This document shows, one piece after another, positions 46,377-58,505 of a stretch of DNA of 64,000 nucleotides. The DNA comes from Fimicolochytrium jonesii (taxonomy: Eukaryota). The stretch's first letter is position 1. Every line of letters begins with the position of its first letter. The translations under genes and the position numbers were made by a program. Below the pieces are notes generated by a model, which was given only the letters and a program-made list of their open reading frames with translations, made no database searches and was not told the DNA's origin. The stretch lies in the NCBI RefSeq assembly GCF_025526975.1, contig NW_026515689.1, forward strand, positions 1-64,000, written 5' to 3'.

Positions 46377-49300
46377 TCACTGCCCCTTCAAGTCAGCCAA
46401 GTACTCCTCATGCAACTTCGCCTGACCCGCATGTTCCTTCTCCACCTTTTTCCGGCGCGACTTGCTAAGCGGTTCGCCAGCGGCATCTTTGGTCGGTATA
46501 CCCTGCGCGTCCCACTCGGAATACTCCTTGCGCAGCTCGTCCGTCTTGAACATGTCCGCGGGTGCTAGCTTGCCCTTGGCGAGCTTCTCGGCGCGCTTGG
46601 CGGCGGCGGCGGCAAGGCGGTCGTCTTTTTCGCGTTGTTTTTGGAGTTCGCGCTGTCGCAGAGAGAGTGCGAGAAAGTATAGTGAGATGTGAGCGTGGGG
46701 TGCGATTGAGAGAGGGGGCTGAACAATGTCACGACAGGGGGCGGCCAAGATAGACTGCGAGACCCCTACACAAGGCTTCTACTAACCTCCTTCTTCTCCT
46801 CCCTCTGCCTTAACAACGTCGCCTTATCGATCAATTTGACAAGCGCCTTTCCATCGTCACGGTCGTCCAGAACAACTCCAAGCTCGACAAGGTCGTCGTC
46901 GCGGAGGCGGTCGCTGAGTTTGAGGAGCTCTTTGTAGTCTGGAATCGCACCAGAAGAAAGCGAAACAATGTGAGTTTCCCAATCGCGAGGCACCAGGGAA
47001 GCCAAAAAAAATAAAAGCGGAAACAACGCAAAAAGACGATACGAACCCCCCTTATTCTGCGCCAACTCCCTAACCGCATCCCTAAACCTCGCCAACACCG
47101 TCAAATACGGCATAACCGTCTCCTCCACATCCGCTCCTTTCCCTGCCCCTGCCGACACATTCCCAATAGAGGGATTAGCATCCCCAAAGACGCCAAACAT
47201 ACGCATCAGCTCCGTGACATATTTCGCGATCTTGGCGAGCACTTCCGCATTGGGTTGGGTGTTCTTTTGCTTGGATTGGTCAACGTAGTAGCTGTTGGAG
47301 GTAGAGATGAGGTCACGGAGTTCGGACATTGCTGTGGGGGTGTTGAAGGAGTCGGCGAGGGCGGCGTGGATGGCGGTTTTCTTTTCTTGAAATCTATTTA
47401 GGACGAGTTAGAATGATGGGATTGTCGAATTGGGGGGATGGAAAGGATTACGTACTTTGCGACCAAAGCCTTCTCAGCCTCTCCGTAGTTATGGGCGCCG
47501 GTGAAGACGTAGCTGCCGCTCTGCTCGCGAACAACGGCCTTTATCGTTGTCAAGAAGTTCTAAGACAAATGACAAGATTAGCCCTTTCCATCTCATCCCA
47601 GTCCATCAACACACAAGCCGCTTTGAGCCCCTACCAAGATGGTATTCTCAATCGCCTTAGCCTCAACCAAAGCCCCAGACGAAAAGTCCAGCACAGTGTC
47701 CCATTGATGCAAAAGGAAGAAGATGCGGATCTGTTCAGCGGTGTTATTCTCCAACGCTTGCTGTTGACAGACAGGAAGATCCACGAATGTGAGTTGATGC
47801 CATGCGAAATGAGACCGATGTGTGCCAGCATACCTGAATCGTAACAAAGTTCTTCAAACTCTTCGACATCTTCTGGCCTTCAATGTGCAAGTGGCCAGTG
47901 TGGAGGAAGTAGTTGACCCATTGTTTGCAGTCGTAGTGTGCCTACAACACATGTGCAGAAGAGCAATCACGTCAGCGAATCGTTGCACTCACACCACGTT
48001 TGTTCTTAGGCCAGTTCGCTGGTGCGTCACCTCTCCCTCCCGTAGGGCAGGTACGCCCCCAAACTCATTCGGTGAATGTGCGGGTTTTGGATTCGATCCG
48101 TAGGCAAACACTCCCGCCAACGGTCAGAGAAGTCCCACCAGGCCCCTGTGTCCTCTTACTACTCTCCCAGAAGGAGGAAACGCGCGAGAGACAAAAGGGG
48201 CCTCCGCTTTTGAAGGTGGGTATAATGTCCACGCCCACGGAGCACGACCCATTGGATCGTGCGAGCGTGGTCATGAGACTCGGGTGAGTCTTCCAGTTCC
48301 CGCCTTCGGTCGTCCGAGCCGTAAGCCTCCCAATCCCGTTGCTCTCAAGCTCTCCCTGTGCACGTGATACCCCGTTCTGGAATATCTAAACCCACCTCAG
48401 CCTGCGCAATCTCGTTATCGTGATGCGGGAACGCCAGATCGATACCACCGGTATGAATGTCGAGCTGGTCGCCCAACGCTTCGCCAGCCATGACGCTGCA
48501 CTCAATGTGCCAACCCGGTCGGCCCTGGATGTGTGGTTAACGGGTTCAGCATCAATTTTGATATTCGATCCGAGACGCTTCTGGCATAGTTATGTACCTC
48601 ACCCCATGGGGACGGCCATGCAGGTTCTCCAGCTTTCGACTTTTTCCACAGGGCAAAATCCGCCGGGTTCTTCTTCCCCTTCGTCTCGACCGTCAGATCA
48701 CCTATCGGCGAGTGGGGTCAGGTGTCAACCGTTCTCGGGTAGCGACACGGTACAGGGACGCTCATACCCTCTCCCTCCTGCAAGAGCTTCGTGTTTCCCG
48801 CCGACCACGGCTCCAACTTTGCGTAGTCGTGGTTTGGGTGCTTCCCGAAGGCCACTGTGTTGAAGTAGACGGACCCTTCAGATTCGTAGCTGGACGACGT
48901 TTAGGGGGGGAAGGTAAGCATTATGCGGTACGTCAAGGTGAGGGTGGAAATACATACGCGAATCCGTTTTTGACGATATTTTCAACGTAGGTGACAATTT
49001 CCGGGACATATTCACTGACGCGCGTGAGGAGATCTGGCCGGCGGATCTGATGGGATAGAATGCATCAGTGAACGGCAGCAGAGGAAAGACCAAGTCGATA
49101 TCCAAGCCAACAGGTCAAAACCTACATTCAGTGCATCCATGTCCTTGAAATACTCTTCTTCCCAGTACGCGGCAAAGTCACGGAAGACTTTGGGATCCGT
49201 GACACTTGCGCCCTCCTGTCAACGTGTAAGACAGCCGGATCGTGAGGGTGCGAACTGGTATGAAGAGACCGTAGTGAAACATGCACGCACCTTCACGTCA

Positions 49301-50616
49301 AGGAAAGCAGCAACGATGTCCCTGCTCTCATCGAGCAAAGCATGTGCGCTCTCGACGGAGCTCGATCCGCTTTTGATTTGTTCCCGCGCTACCGTTATGG
49401 CTTTTGCAGATCGTCCCTGATTCCCGAAGTGAACCATGTCAGCACCTCAATCGTCTCGACATGGCTACGGACTGAATTGAGTTCCCTCCTGCTCAAAGAT
49501 CATCACGCCCTCACCGCAGTCTTGACAAACAGGTCATATTTCGCCTCCTCCTTGGCCTCTGGAATGCCTCCTCCCTCGTACTTTGCAAGAAAGGCAGCAT
49601 ACTCCTCAATCGACGCTGGGGCTTGCGCTTTGAACTTCGATTTGCTGTAATCCCTCCATGCTGCCTCCACCGTCTCGAGAAGAGAAGGGGAAAGAGTCTT
49701 CGTCTCGTTTCTCAGCCTGTCGAACAGGTACTTGAAGCGAGCCTCTTTGATGATCTAGGTTTCCAAATGGCGCCTATCAATTCGCTGTTCTTCTGCCTTC
49801 CCACGGGTGAATGCGAGAGATGATCACCTTATCATCGATGTCGGTAATGTTCATGACGTAAAAGACGTCATATTTGAAGTAGTCCTCCATGATCCTCCGG
49901 ATGATGTCGAATGCGATGTACGTCCTATCAACAACGAAGACATCGGTGAGTCTCATGCGATTGCATATGGTAATGTCTAAAACGATAGCTGCTCGCACAA
50001 GGAGGTTCGGCTCAGTTCCCAGAGAGCATCTCCATGCGCCTTCGCATACCGGGCTCGTTTCGCTCCGTGCAAACATATTGATGCCGCTGTCGTTCAGGAG
50101 ACCCTCGCTCCGCTCGGTCAATCACAGCTCCCTGTCGCTCGCCACCATCAAGTTGTCCTCCGCTTACGGCACTTCCCATGGTGACCTCCTCAACACCGTC
50201 TCCCAATAGCCCCACAAGCTCCCCAATGCCACGCACCTAGCATGCCCCATATGCGAAAAGTCATAAACAGTAGGTCCGCAGCAGTACCAGCCCACTTTGT
50301 TCCCATTTATCGGAATAAAGTCCTCCTACAAAAAACCATAATTCCGCCGTTAAGCATCGCCCAGCGTGATCTACAAACCACACTCTCAAACAATGTGCCG
50401 TACCTTGGACTTTGTCATAGAGTTGTTGACCCGCAACCGGGGCGTTTCAGAGCCCTGCGGCTTGTGCCACTGGGGCTGTTTTATTGGGTTTGAGGACATT
50501 GTGCGGGGTGTTGTCGAGTGTTGTCGGAGGGTTGGGGAGAGGTGGAATGCGGGTTGTGATGCCCAGAGACGGGAATTGCAAGCCGGGTGGAGGGAGAGGA
50601 GGCGGCGATAGAGCAT
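46377..50616 (-). CDS. CARS: Cysteinyl-tRNA synthetase (multi-exon; possible mitochondrial presequence)
   Basis: [18 protein letters not shown] (HIGH), [40 protein letters not shown]; downstream ATG at 50499. Confidence 0.96.
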
Positions 50617-51673
50617 GCAACGGGGACGAGTGGGACCGGTTCCTCTCTTTTGTATGTGTCTTCGAGGGCGGTAGTTGGACTTGAATTCCGGTCAATGTCC
50701 AGTTGTGTTGTTCCCAGGGGGTTGTCCGTTGAGGCTTTTTGCGAGCATGGGGGATTACAGGATTACTCGCCTGACTCATGCGGCTCAGTTCGCTCAACGG
50801 CCCCCTCTTCCCGCGCGTCGCTGGACCCATGGAGGCCTCAGACAGCCTTGACACTTTCCCAAATACTCCCGTATACATGTACATGATATCGCATTGCAGG
50901 GAACGCATCGAAGGGACAGCCTTGCGCTTGACTGGCCAAGCCGCATCCTAGGAAACCTAACCTGTCAAATGTCTCGGTCTCACACCGGTCCACCGCCTGG
51001 GAACTCTTCTTCCCTCGGCTGATACGGGTGATACTGGACGCCGTCGACTCAAGACTAACTGAAGGGAGCGTGAAGAGTGGGAGGATCCCTGCAGATCCCA
51101 CAGCCGCTGTCTTTGATCATTTTGACGTTGCTGCTGTTGTTGCTGTTGTTCCTGCTGAGCGGGGGTGGGGGTTGGGCATGTGGAGGCCACGAACGACGGC
51201 GTCCTGTGACAACAGCGGAGACGGAGACTGGATGGCGCATAGTCAGGATGCAATTCCGTTACGGGTGATCTTTTTGTGATATGCTCGGATTTACAAACTG
51301 GTCCATTGAAATCTCGTGTCAACGGATTCGGTCAACCTTGCGCTCCCATGTCTGAGCTTGGCTGCCTCGCCAAACCAGATTGACTAAACCCGAGGAGGAA
51401 GGAGGATCGGGTCCGGGTGCGGGTGAGGCGACGAAGGCCCTCGTCGTCGTCTTTGTCTGTCGTTGTGTGAGGTTGGGCCGTGCGTGGAAGTAGTAATGCA
51501 ACGTGTAAGAGACGACAGAACCCGGATGCATACCTGTTGAGTGCGCCTGATCCTGCCATAAGCATCCTTTTCCTAAAACGACATGTACGCGGGGTTCAGG
51601 GATAACAGTAAAGAAGCTACTGAGATGTCGACATGGAGTGAAATTGGGGGATGCGGGGACAGCGGTTCGGATG

Positions 51674-51990
51674 GTGCTACATGCCTACTTAGACCCCGAA
51701 AAGGAACGCAGCGGTTCCTATTCAAGAGGAACTAGAGACGGGCAAAACATCACACCCCACGAACAGACATGTGATATCCTGTCCCTCGGTAGCCATGCCC
51801 GGAGAGAACCACGCGAGTTCATCCCACTGCTTCAACTGTTTATCCCGTCTCTCGTCCCGAAAATAATCGGAAAAAAGCTCGGTCGCGTGATGCTACATGC
51901 CTACTAGACCTCGAGAGAGGAACTAGGGACGGGCAAAACATCACACCCGCAGACAGACATGTGCTATCCTGTCCCTTCGGTAGGCATGCC
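51674..51990 (+). repeat. Imperfect direct duplication (~100-125 bp)
   Basis: TGCTACATGCCTAC...GAGGAACTAG.GACGGGCAAAACATCACACCC...CAGACATGTG.TATCCTGTCCCT at ~51674-51800 and ~51890-51990. Confidence 0.8.
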
Positions 51991-52680
51991 AGGAGATGCC
52001 CCAGTGATCCCCAACTACAGAACGTAGTTTTGCAATGCTTTTGACCAACGCAACGGACCTTGCAGGACTTACCAGCATATATTTTTTCACGGCGGCTCTG
52101 CAGGTCTTCAGCTTGAACGAGTTTTTCCGTTTCGACGAGTTAATTACGGCAATTGAGTTTGTGAGATAGGTGTGGTATTCGCTCCAAGTGTGGGTCGGGT
52201 GTTGTTTGGCATAATCTCCTGGCCCAGTTACTTCGATCTCAATGTCATCTCCGGAGTCGTTGTCAGCCGTATCAGACACATTGTCCTTCCCTTCCGTCCT
52301 AGTGTCCAGCGGCGGTAGAGTTGCTTGAGGAGTTGGGTGGGGGATGGGTGTCTTCTTCCTTCGGTGAGGAGCCTTTACGAGATAGTCGGTCGCTGGGGGG
52401 CAATAGCAGGATGGGAAGGGAGAATCAAACTGCAGCGGATAATATGAAGTTGGAAGTGGGCGGCGAAAGCAGGGAGAGACGTAGCCAGATCTGGGTGGGT
52501 TGCCGTAGAGTTGGGTGATGATATGAGCTACGGTGCGAGCGATGCTGAGGGGGCGGCGCTGTGCCCTGTATAATATAGGTCCGGTTGTCGGCGGTGAAGT
52601 CCACGGTCTCTCCTCAAACCTCCTGCGACTTCCGATTTCCCCACCTCCGACACTGCCCTTCACACACAACACAACACAAA

Positions 52681-53411
52681 ATGTCCACTCCACGCCCACC
52701 AACCGACACCGTCGTCACCAGCGAGGAACTTCTGGCTCGTAAGGTGTGTGTTCTACATGCAGCAACCGTTGTTGAAGACAGCGTGAAGGGAACTGTCACA
52801 CCTCCTGAGGATGCCGTGAAGAAGGGCCATACTGTCAACGGGAACGTACACACGGGCGGGCACATAGGCTGGGGGCCGAGCGGGAGAGCCGTCCGACTTG
52901 TACATCCGAACGGGGGAAAGCGTTGGACCCAGGACTGGGACGTGAAGAAATCGGGGATCTGATTGATTATCCTTCTCTCTCCCTCCCATCACAAAAACTC
53001 AAAACGGAAAACAGTACGACAGATGCCTAGCCAACGCCTCCGTCAAAGCCGGCCTGGGTCTCGGGATCGGGATCGGGCTTTCGTTCCTGTTCTTCAAACG
53101 TACGTCTCAAAGGGCCCTGTTCATATCCGCCCCTGTGTGCGGTAACCTACCGATCGAACGAAATGTACTGATGAAGTATTTTGGGGGCGTGCTTTGCAGG
53201 ACGAGGCTGGCCCATCGCGCTGTCGACGGGGTTTGGGCTGGGTGTGGCGTATGAGCAGTGTGCGAGGTATGTTCCCCCCCCCCCCCCCCCCCCCCCCCCA
53301 CACCGAGTTCGGGAAAGTGGAAGGCAGATGCTGACCTGGTGTGTTTTGTGATATGCTAGGACGTTCAGCCCGCACGCTACGCTGGTCAGAGTTCCTCGGC
53401 AGGCCGTATGA
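52681..53411 (+). CDS. MIC10: MICOS complex subunit Mic10
   Basis: Exons 52681-52743, 53015-53099, 53200-53266, 53360-53411: SEELLARKYDRCLANASVKAGLGLGIGIGLSFLFFKRRGWPIALSTGFGLGVAY (GxGxGxG motifs, KRR loop). Confidence 0.93.
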
Positions 53412-53705
53412 GCATGGCTTCCCTGTAGTCACCTACCCATCAACACCTGAAACACATTCATTTATTCCCGAGAGCCACATCAGTATCTGTAGTTGGGATT
53501 CGAAAAGCGGGTCCCCGCTCCGGAGTGCGTTCTCGAATACTATCCATCCCCGCCTCATGGAAGGAACCTCCGCGCCGTATGTAATGTATGTAATGTAGAT
53601 ATACCACAATGCATACCCGATCAACGAAAAATCAGGGAGCACATCGGAGGGTGCTGGACGTGCTGTGATGCGGGTTTGTGGATGTGCGGGCCGGGAGGAC
53701 AGAGT

Positions 53706-54153
53706 GAGAAAACGACGGAGTGCCTACCGTAGGGAGGTTCGGAGACCCCTTAATGCCCAACCGTAAGCCGCACTTCATCCTGCGACCCAGTAGACAAACA
53801 AAAACCGATGTCACGACGCTTAGGAATGGGCGGTACCGCTGTCTTTGCAAATGATCCATATCCCACATGACATGATCGCTGCCCGCAGCTTCGACATCCG
53901 CACAATAACCGGGTGTGGGGACCCCATCGCCCGGAGGGAGAAACGACGGAGTGCCTATCGTAGGGAGGTTCGGAGACCCCTTAATGCCCAACCGTAAGCC
54001 GCAATTCATCTTGCGACCAAGTGCAAACAAAAACCGATGTCACGACGCTTAGGAATGGGCGGTACCGCTGTCTTTGCAAATGATCCATATCCCACATGAC
54101 ATGATCGCTGCCCGCAGCTTCGACATCCGCACAATAACCGGGTGTGCGGACCC
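53706..54153 (+). repeat. Tandem duplication, period ~229 bp
   Basis: 53706-53924 and 53938-54153 are nearly identical. Confidence 0.92.
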
Positions 54154-54912
54154 GTGCCCGGAGCTCAACCGTGCCTATGCCATTCCCAGGCCCGCCTGGA
54201 TGATCCCGCTCAGATATGGGATTCGGAGAGCCATGAAAGCCCGTCTCCCTGCGCTCTCGACGACGTGTGTCAACTTCCGTATCGTGCGGGCGGCGGTGTC
54301 AGAGACGATGGGGTGTGGACGTGCAGATGATCGTCCACCTGGGCGGGTCGGGGTATAAGATTCCAGAACCGGGAGCTCGTCCCGTCCGTATCGTAACATG
54401 CCGCAAGGCGCAGAGGGGTTGAGGTACAGTCCCAGGAGCCGCACGACCCTCAGACATCTCCTCCGCAGCATAGGATCGCTTGAAGGGTGCCCTGCGGGTG
54501 GACCTCCGACGCGAATGTGGATTTAGAGTTTCTACCTTTCGAATGTACGCCGGGTGTCTGCGGTGTCTTTGGGAACGCGTGCTTCCGTGGGAGACGACAA
54601 TCGCCGCAGGAGACCGATCCACGGCGCACCCGTCTCAGGGGCACAACCGTCAAGCACACGGTGCCTTCGATGCCCCCCCGACGGAGGCAATGAGAGACGA
54701 AGAAGAGCAGATTGTGTTTTTTCATATCACGAATAGATAGGCGATATATACAGCGTCCCAAAAAGATATACAAATAAAAAAGCACAAAAGCGTCCATGTA
54801 AAGAAAAGGGTCCGAGGTAGAAAAAAGGTCTTAATGAGTGGTGGTATGCAAAAGGGTAACTGAGCGACAAACTAGTGGTATGAAGAACGTGTCCGGGGGG
54901 GTGGTATGCATA

Positions 54913-54951
<39 letters not shown>

Positions 54952-55024
54952 AGGTGCCAGCCTTTTGATGTTGATGGGTGGTGAACATGTGGTTGTCTGT
55001 GTGGTGTGTGCGATGTGGAGGATC

Positions 55025-55773
55025 TCATCGACTCCCTGCAGGACTCGCCGCGGGACTCCCCGCGGGACTCCCACTCCCCGCACCGTTGACCCTCCCCGCC
55101 GCGGCCCTCGCAGCCGCCACGTTCGCCGGACTGACCCCACACGTCTTCCGCAGATGTCTCCGCAAGTTATCCGCTCTCAGGAACGGGCGGAAGCATCGTG
55201 GGCACTCGTGTGTTGTTGGGGTCGACGGTGTTGCGTGCGTGGAGGAGGAGGAGGGGTGGTTGGGGTTCTGGGTGGCGGTGGTGCTGGAGGGGTGCGAGGG
55301 GAAGGATGTGGCGTGGAGGGTGCGTTCGTGGCGGTAGAGGTCGGATTTGCGGCGGAAGGCGATGGGGCAGGCGCGGCATTTGAGTGTGGGTGCTGATCAG
55401 ATCCAAAGAACATTAGACATATGTTATTATCTGGATATGTTGAGAGGTGGGGGGGCGAACTTACGTTTATGCGAAACCAAATGACTCCTCAACGCCTGCA
55501 AGCTCTTCAGCTTCTTCACGCACCCCTCCTGCGGGCACGCATACAGCAACAGCTGCTTCTCCGCATTCCCGCCCTGGTGCTGATTCACACCGCCCTGCTG
55601 GAGGCTCAGGCCGCCGACCCCACCCACAACGCTGACAACCGCGGCGGATTCCAGTGATGCGGAACGGGATCGGGTCGCCTCGGCGGTGGTGGTGGTCGTG
55701 GACGAGTTGATACTGCAGCAGGCTTCGGAGTCGGAGCCGGAGTCGGAGCCGAGGTAGGGGAGTGTCAGGGGGT

Positions 55774-55805
<32 letters not shown>

Positions 55806-56959
55806 CCTCCCTGCTGCCCGTGCTGTTGGTGTTGATGATGATGTGCGGTGTTGGTGGGTGTCCCATGCGAGGTCAACACCACCTGATTCTGTTGATGCGG
55901 CTGCGCGAACAGGTCCCCGACCATCCCATACCCGAACGGTTGCTGAGTATTCGTATTCGCATTCGGATTCGCATTCCCGACCTGGTAATACTGCGGCGAA
56001 CTGCTCGGCATCGCGTACTTCCCGCCATACCCGTGCTGACTCACAAACTCCCCCACCGGTAGATCAAAGTACCCGCCATACCCGTCGGCAGCCACCGCCG
56101 CATGTGCATGGGGTGTATATGCGCCCAGGGTGTATTCCGATCCGGGCGTGTATTCCGTTGCGGGTGTGACGACGGCGGGGGGGAGGAAGTAGGGTGTTGG
56201 TTGCAGATTAGTGCTGTCTTGTTGTTGCTGTTGGGTGGTGTAGTGGGAGGAAGGGAGGAGGATCATGTGCGGCGAGTGATGCGCGGGGTTGGGGTGGGGC
56301 GAATTCGTGAGCTGGTCAGCGAATTGAAGGAGCGGGGATCGGTTGATATGTTGTTGTTGTTGTTGCGTATTCGGATTCCCGTTATTCGATGCTGGGTGAA
56401 GACCGTGCTGCTGTTGATGTGGTTGATACCCGACGTGATGAAACACGACTTCATCGGGTTCAGGCCCGCTGGTCATGACCAGCTGCGAGAAATCGGCGTA
56501 AGCTGCGTCGAGCTGTTGTTGTTGTTGTTGTTGTTCTTGTTGTTGTTGTTGTTGAGTGGTTTGGGGGAGGTCGAGCATGGGTATCGAGAGGGACGTGACG
56601 TCGAGGCCCATTGCTTCGAGAGCAGTCATTTCCGGTGTCGGTTCGTGTTGTTGTTGGTTGGTGTATTGCGGAACGGGGCTTGAGTGCAGGACCGGCGGGG
56701 CGGAGGAGGAGGAGGAAGGGGGGTAGATCATATTTGAAGGCGGGGTATTCTGCACGACCTGGCTGCGGAGATCTGCGAGCATCCCTTGCATCCGTTCGAC
56801 GTCCTGTGAGAGGGTGGAGATAGTGTTGAGGAGGGCTTCGTCCGGTTGTTGTTGCGGTTGTTGGTGTTGTTGGTGCGGTGTGAGGGTTTGTTGTTGGGGG
56901 GACGGCGTTGGCGTGTGGGAGAAGGCGAAGCCGGGGGCTCGGCTGCGGGGTAATGACAT
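55025..56959 (-). CDS. C2H2 zinc-finger transcription factor, Gln-rich
   Basis: Exons 56959-55465 and 55392-55025; CPQEGC...HLVSH, CRAC...HERTLH, CPRC...HLRKTC fingers. Confidence 0.88.
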
Positions 56960-58300
56960 TTGGAGGCAGTCGAGGGTGTGTGTGAGAATGAAACTTTATT
57001 CTATGGAAGACGGGGCCGTGTCATCAAAGGGGGGGGGGGGGGGGGTGTGTGGGTGAGATGCGAAGGAGAGGCGTACTACGACGATGAATGAATGTAAAGG
57101 AGCAAGGAGGGGGAGGAGGAGGAGGCGCTCAGAGAGAGCAGGGATGCGTGTTATGAGCAAAGAGAGGGTGAGCCACCGATCGCCGTGGTGGAATAGTACT
57201 GTATGTAGCGAGAGAGATGTGCGCTGTCTGTGTGTTCGAACACCGTCTGGGATGTGAGAAGAAAGGAGGTTCCGCCGACTCCACCCGCGAGCCTTTTGTA
57301 ACTCGCTGCGCCCAAGTGCCCGATCGGTCTGGAGCAGTCCGCTTCCGTGTGATTTCCACAACCCAAATTTTTTTGCCAGCGAAAACACTTTCAAAAATGG
57401 TTTCCTGGTAAATTGGCCCTTTGGAGCTTGAAGGCCTTGAACGGTGCTGCGCCTTGACTGCGATGCCTCCGAGCGTCCGCTCCCAGGGCACTCGACTCCT
57501 CGGTAGAAGCCACGGAGGGCCGCCGGCCACGGAGGGAAAGCGCCAACGGCATGCGCACTGCCACCTCCTCCAGCGTCCTCCTCCGAGTCCTCTCCCACGG
57601 CGCGACTGCGTAAACGCGAACTATTGCAACAATTGTAACCATTACGTTGCCTGCGCATGCTTGGGGGAGTAGCCCGAGGTGCCTGCCCCTCCTCACACAG
57701 TCTCACGTTCAACATGGAACTTCGTGAATGCCGTCTCCCGTTTCCCGTCTAGTACCAGGGCCCCAGCACCGAAATGGATCGGCTACTGTCATCCCATAAT
57801 GATACAAAAACATTATGATACTAGAGGGGATGATGATGGAAAACGGCTTCCGCCTGTGCACGAGAAAGAATTTGAAGCTGCGCGAAAGACCATGGAAGTG
57901 AGTCCATGAAGTTCGTCCGTCGTGCGTGCTGCTGTCAGTCTGTCGGCGCCGTCTCCTGTCTCATGGTCTCGAGTTGATGCGCGTCAACTCAAAGTGCCCC
58001 GTCGGAGCGTGCGGAGCTCTGTTCGGTTCGTCCCCCGCGTGCTCGGTCGTGAGGGCCCGCGTCCGGGATGTCGGTAGCCTGCCTGCAATCCGCGTGAACG
58101 GGTGCACTGAGAATGGGGAAACAATGTCTCGCATCGTGAAGTTCGACAATCACCCCATTCATGGTTTCCAAACCTGCGTGTCGCCACCCCCCGCGTCCTG
58201 GTCACCGGTCCCATCGTGCAACAAAGGGATTCTCAAAACTGCATTCTCCCTGATCCCACCCACCCTCCCACGATCCCTTTCCCGACTGACGTGACGGCGG

Positions 58301-58505
58301 GAACGGTCAAACGGTCGTGTACCGTATACAGGAGAGCAAGCCGGTCAACGGTCAGAACGGTCGACGGAAGGAATGGCGGTCAGGACGAGAGCCGGCGTGC
58401 GGAACACCGGTCAAACGGTCATGAACGGTCAGCAACGGTCGAGAACGGTCGGGTACGACACGAACGGTCACTAACGGCCAAGCGGTCGCGGATTCGAACG
58501 GCCAA
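58301..58505 (+). repeat. Cluster of AACGGTC/CGGTC motifs
   Basis: More than a dozen same-strand CGGTC/AACGG copies in ~200 bp of intergenic DNA. Confidence 0.8.

Noticed and set aside
47942..48395. Telomerase RNA, RNase P/MRP, U3 or TPP riboswitch identity for the structured intron
   Set aside because: No CUAACCCU template, CR-I/CR-V pair, U3 box A or TPP core motifs found
54913..54950. Long poly-G tract (also at 40831, 43013 and poly-C at 53273)
   Set aside because: Simple homopolymers of unreliable length; no evidence of function
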